Shown: in pieces, positions 61,955 through 64,000 of the stretch | Layout of the letters: each line of letters opens with the position of its first letter | Position numbering within the stretch: the stretch's first letter is position 1 | From: an uncultured Verrucomicrobiae bacterium | Lineage (GTDB): Bacteria; Verrucomicrobiota; Verrucomicrobiia; Chthoniobacterales; UBA10450 | Reading direction: 5' to 3' | NCBI GenBank assembly: GCA_963772365.1 | Contig: CAVYXA010000001.1 | Coordinates: 256,001 to 320,000, forward strand | DNA: 64,000 nt | Notes under the pieces: generated by a model | What the model was told of the DNA's origin: nothing | Databases searched by the model: none | Seen by the model: the letters and a program-made list of their open reading frames with translations, nothing else | Position numbers and translations under genes: made by a program

Positions 61955-62419
61955 ATGAAGTTTTGGGTCCTAAGTCTCAGCCTCGTCTTTGCGGTTACTG
62001 CGTTTGGCGTGGATCCCGCGGAGCCAATCACAAAAGAAAAAATCTTCAACGCGATGCTGGCTTTTCGGGCGAATCCAATATCGCCAAGTGGCCACGCCGC
62101 AGGCGGATTAGTTATGCGGTTTGTCGATCAAAGTCACGACGTGGTGGTAAACCTTAATCCAAAGACGCTCCCGTTTCTCTCCGATCAATCGATACCGCCA
62201 AGACTTCGCAATACCCTGGTGGCGGCCTTTGTCATTGGGAATGTTGATTCGCAGCTCTTGCGCAACGAGAAAAAGAACGATTCGTACGCCGGCTTACTTC
62301 AGGTGATCGACACCTACAAGCAAATACAACAAAAGAATCCGCGGTTTCGAGTTTTCGACATCGAGCAATTGATCGAGATGCAAAAGAACGGGACGTTGAA
62401 AGAGTACGCTGCAGAGTAG
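61955..62419 (+). CDS. Secreted hypothetical protein
   Basis: Signal peptide MKFWVLSLSLVFAVTAFG. Confidence 0.65.
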   Translation: MKFWVLSLSLVFAVTAFGVDPAEPITKEKIFNAMLAFRANPISPSGHAAGGLVMRFVDQSHDVVVNLNPKTLPFLSDQSIPPRLRNTLVAAFVIGNVDSQLLRNEKKNDSYAGLLQVIDTYKQIQQKNPRFRVFDIEQLIEMQKNGTLKEYAAE

Positions 62420-62514
62420 GAGCTACGGTGTGGGCGTTGGAAAAGCGTCACCAATATTCAAGTTTCAGTCCGTTTTAGCTAGCGGCAAAGCCGGATGAGC
62501 TCCGCAAAAATCCT

Positions 62515-62542
62515 TTGCAGCTTCTGATTTTGCTTCTATATT
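62515..62542 (+). promoter_or_regulatory. Putative str-operon promoter
   Basis: TTGCAG-16-TATATT. Confidence 0.5.
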
Positions 62543-62643
62543 CGCCGCTCACCGCATCAGGCGCGTGACAGTTTAAACGCGGCCCGGTGCGGGTTTTTTG
62601 TCGCCGGAATCTCAACCCTTCAGGCGGCGCTTTGTTTAGAAAA

Positions 62644-63072
<429 letters not shown>

Positions 63073-63094
63073 GTTTTGAATTTTAGGATCGACA

Positions 63095-63568
63095 ATGTCG
63101 CGACGGAGAAAAGTCTACAAAAAAGAGGAGCGTGTCGATTCCCGTTATGGGAGTCCGGCGGTCGCCCGACTCATTTCTACCGTCATGAAGCGCGGCAAAA
63201 AATCGCTGGCTGAGCGGATAGTTTACACGGCGATCGATAAATCGCGCGAAGGCTCTGATTCCGTCGATCCGCTCGAGGTCGTAAACAAGGCGATCGAAAA
63301 CGTTCGCCCGCGTTTGGAAGTCAAATCCCGCCGAGTCGGCGGTGCGACCTATCAAGTACCGATGGAAGTAACGCCGGCGCGACAAATCTCGCTAGCCACG
63401 CGTTGGATCGTGCAATACGCGGATAAGCGCAAAGGCATGCCAATCTCGGATGCTTTGGCGCATGAAATTAAAGACGCTGCTTCCGGTCAGGGCAATGCAA
63501 TCAAGAAGCGCGAAGACACGCACAAGATGGCGCAAGCGAACCGCGCGTTTGCGCATTTCCGGTGGTAA
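63095..63568 (+). CDS. rpsG: 30S ribosomal protein S7
   Basis: [11 protein letters not shown] and [14 protein letters not shown]. Confidence 0.99.
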   Translation: MSRRRKVYKKEERVDSRYGSPAVARLISTVMKRGKKSLAERIVYTAIDKSREGSDSVDPLEVVNKAIENVRPRLEVKSRRVGGATYQVPMEVTPARQISLATRWIVQYADKRKGMPISDALAHEIKDAASGQGNAIKKREDTHKMAQANRAFAHFRW

Positions 63569-64000
63569 TGACTATGGCAACGGCGACAATCGAGAAAGAA
63601 AAGAAAGCTCCGGCGAAGAATCCGAATTCGCCGAACCGCAAGTTTCCGCTCGAGCGGACGCGTAACATTGGAATCGCGGCTCACATTGATGCGGGTAAAA
63701 CCACGATCACGGAGCGCGTGCTGTTTTACACGGGCATGATTCACAAGATGGGTGAGGTGCATGAAGGCACGACCGTCACCGACTGGATGGAGCAGGAACG
63801 TGAAAGGGGAATCACTATCACTTCGGCCGCGACGACTTGTTCCTGGTCCCAGAAGAAGGAAGAAGGCGTTTACAAGATTTTCGAAGGAATCAAGGAGCGT
63901 ATCAACATCATCGACACTCCTGGCCACGTCGATTTCACGGCCGAGGTCGAACGTTCGTTGCGAGTGCTCGATGGCGCGATCGCAGTTTTCGACGGAGTGG
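63568..64000 (+). CDS. fusA: Elongation factor G (5' part; start 63568 or 63574)
   Basis: [25 protein letters not shown] and DTPGHVDF. Confidence 0.97.
   Translation, partial: MTMATATIEKEKKAPAKNPNSPNRKFPLERTRNIGIAAHIDAGKTTITERVLFYTGMIHKMGEVHEGTTVTDWMEQERERGITITSAATTCSWSQKKEEGVYKIFEGIKERINIIDTPGHVDFTAEVERSLRVLDGAIAVFDGV

Overview
Bacterial chromosomal window. It is probably Verrucomicrobiota (Chthoniobacterales-like); this is inferred from TGTTC-N4-GAACA LexA boxes, a PEP-CTERM protein, a two-domain NDK and a LMW-PTP-GlyA fusion. Core genes include opcA/zwf, glyA, an aminotransferase, ndk, prmA, lexA, lpxI, sdhCAB, secDF-yajC-tgt and rpsL-rpsG-fusA. The window also holds two tRNAs (Gly-GCC, Ala-GGC) and a fluoride riboswitch-crcB operon. 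Two small accessory patches are present: 6.2-10.3 kb (TA remnants, copper-storage protein, restriction-endonuclease-domain gene) and 42.4-46.3 kb (MarR/SDR cassette inside the sdh operon). Several genes carry 1-nt frameshifts that are probably sequencing or assembly errors. The most unusual signal is a four-helix-bundle (IVS/Avd-fold) gene inserted between sdhA and sdhB. It is bracketed by oppositely oriented 7-8-bp repeat arrays, and a gene-less copy of the same arrays follows sdhB. At least five families of small palindromic repeats are scattered through the window, and three repeat inserts (two palindromic, one heptamer array) lie in frame inside enzyme genes. No integrase, transposase, reverse transcriptase or CRISPR array was found. 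All family calls come from motif recognition; no database search was run.
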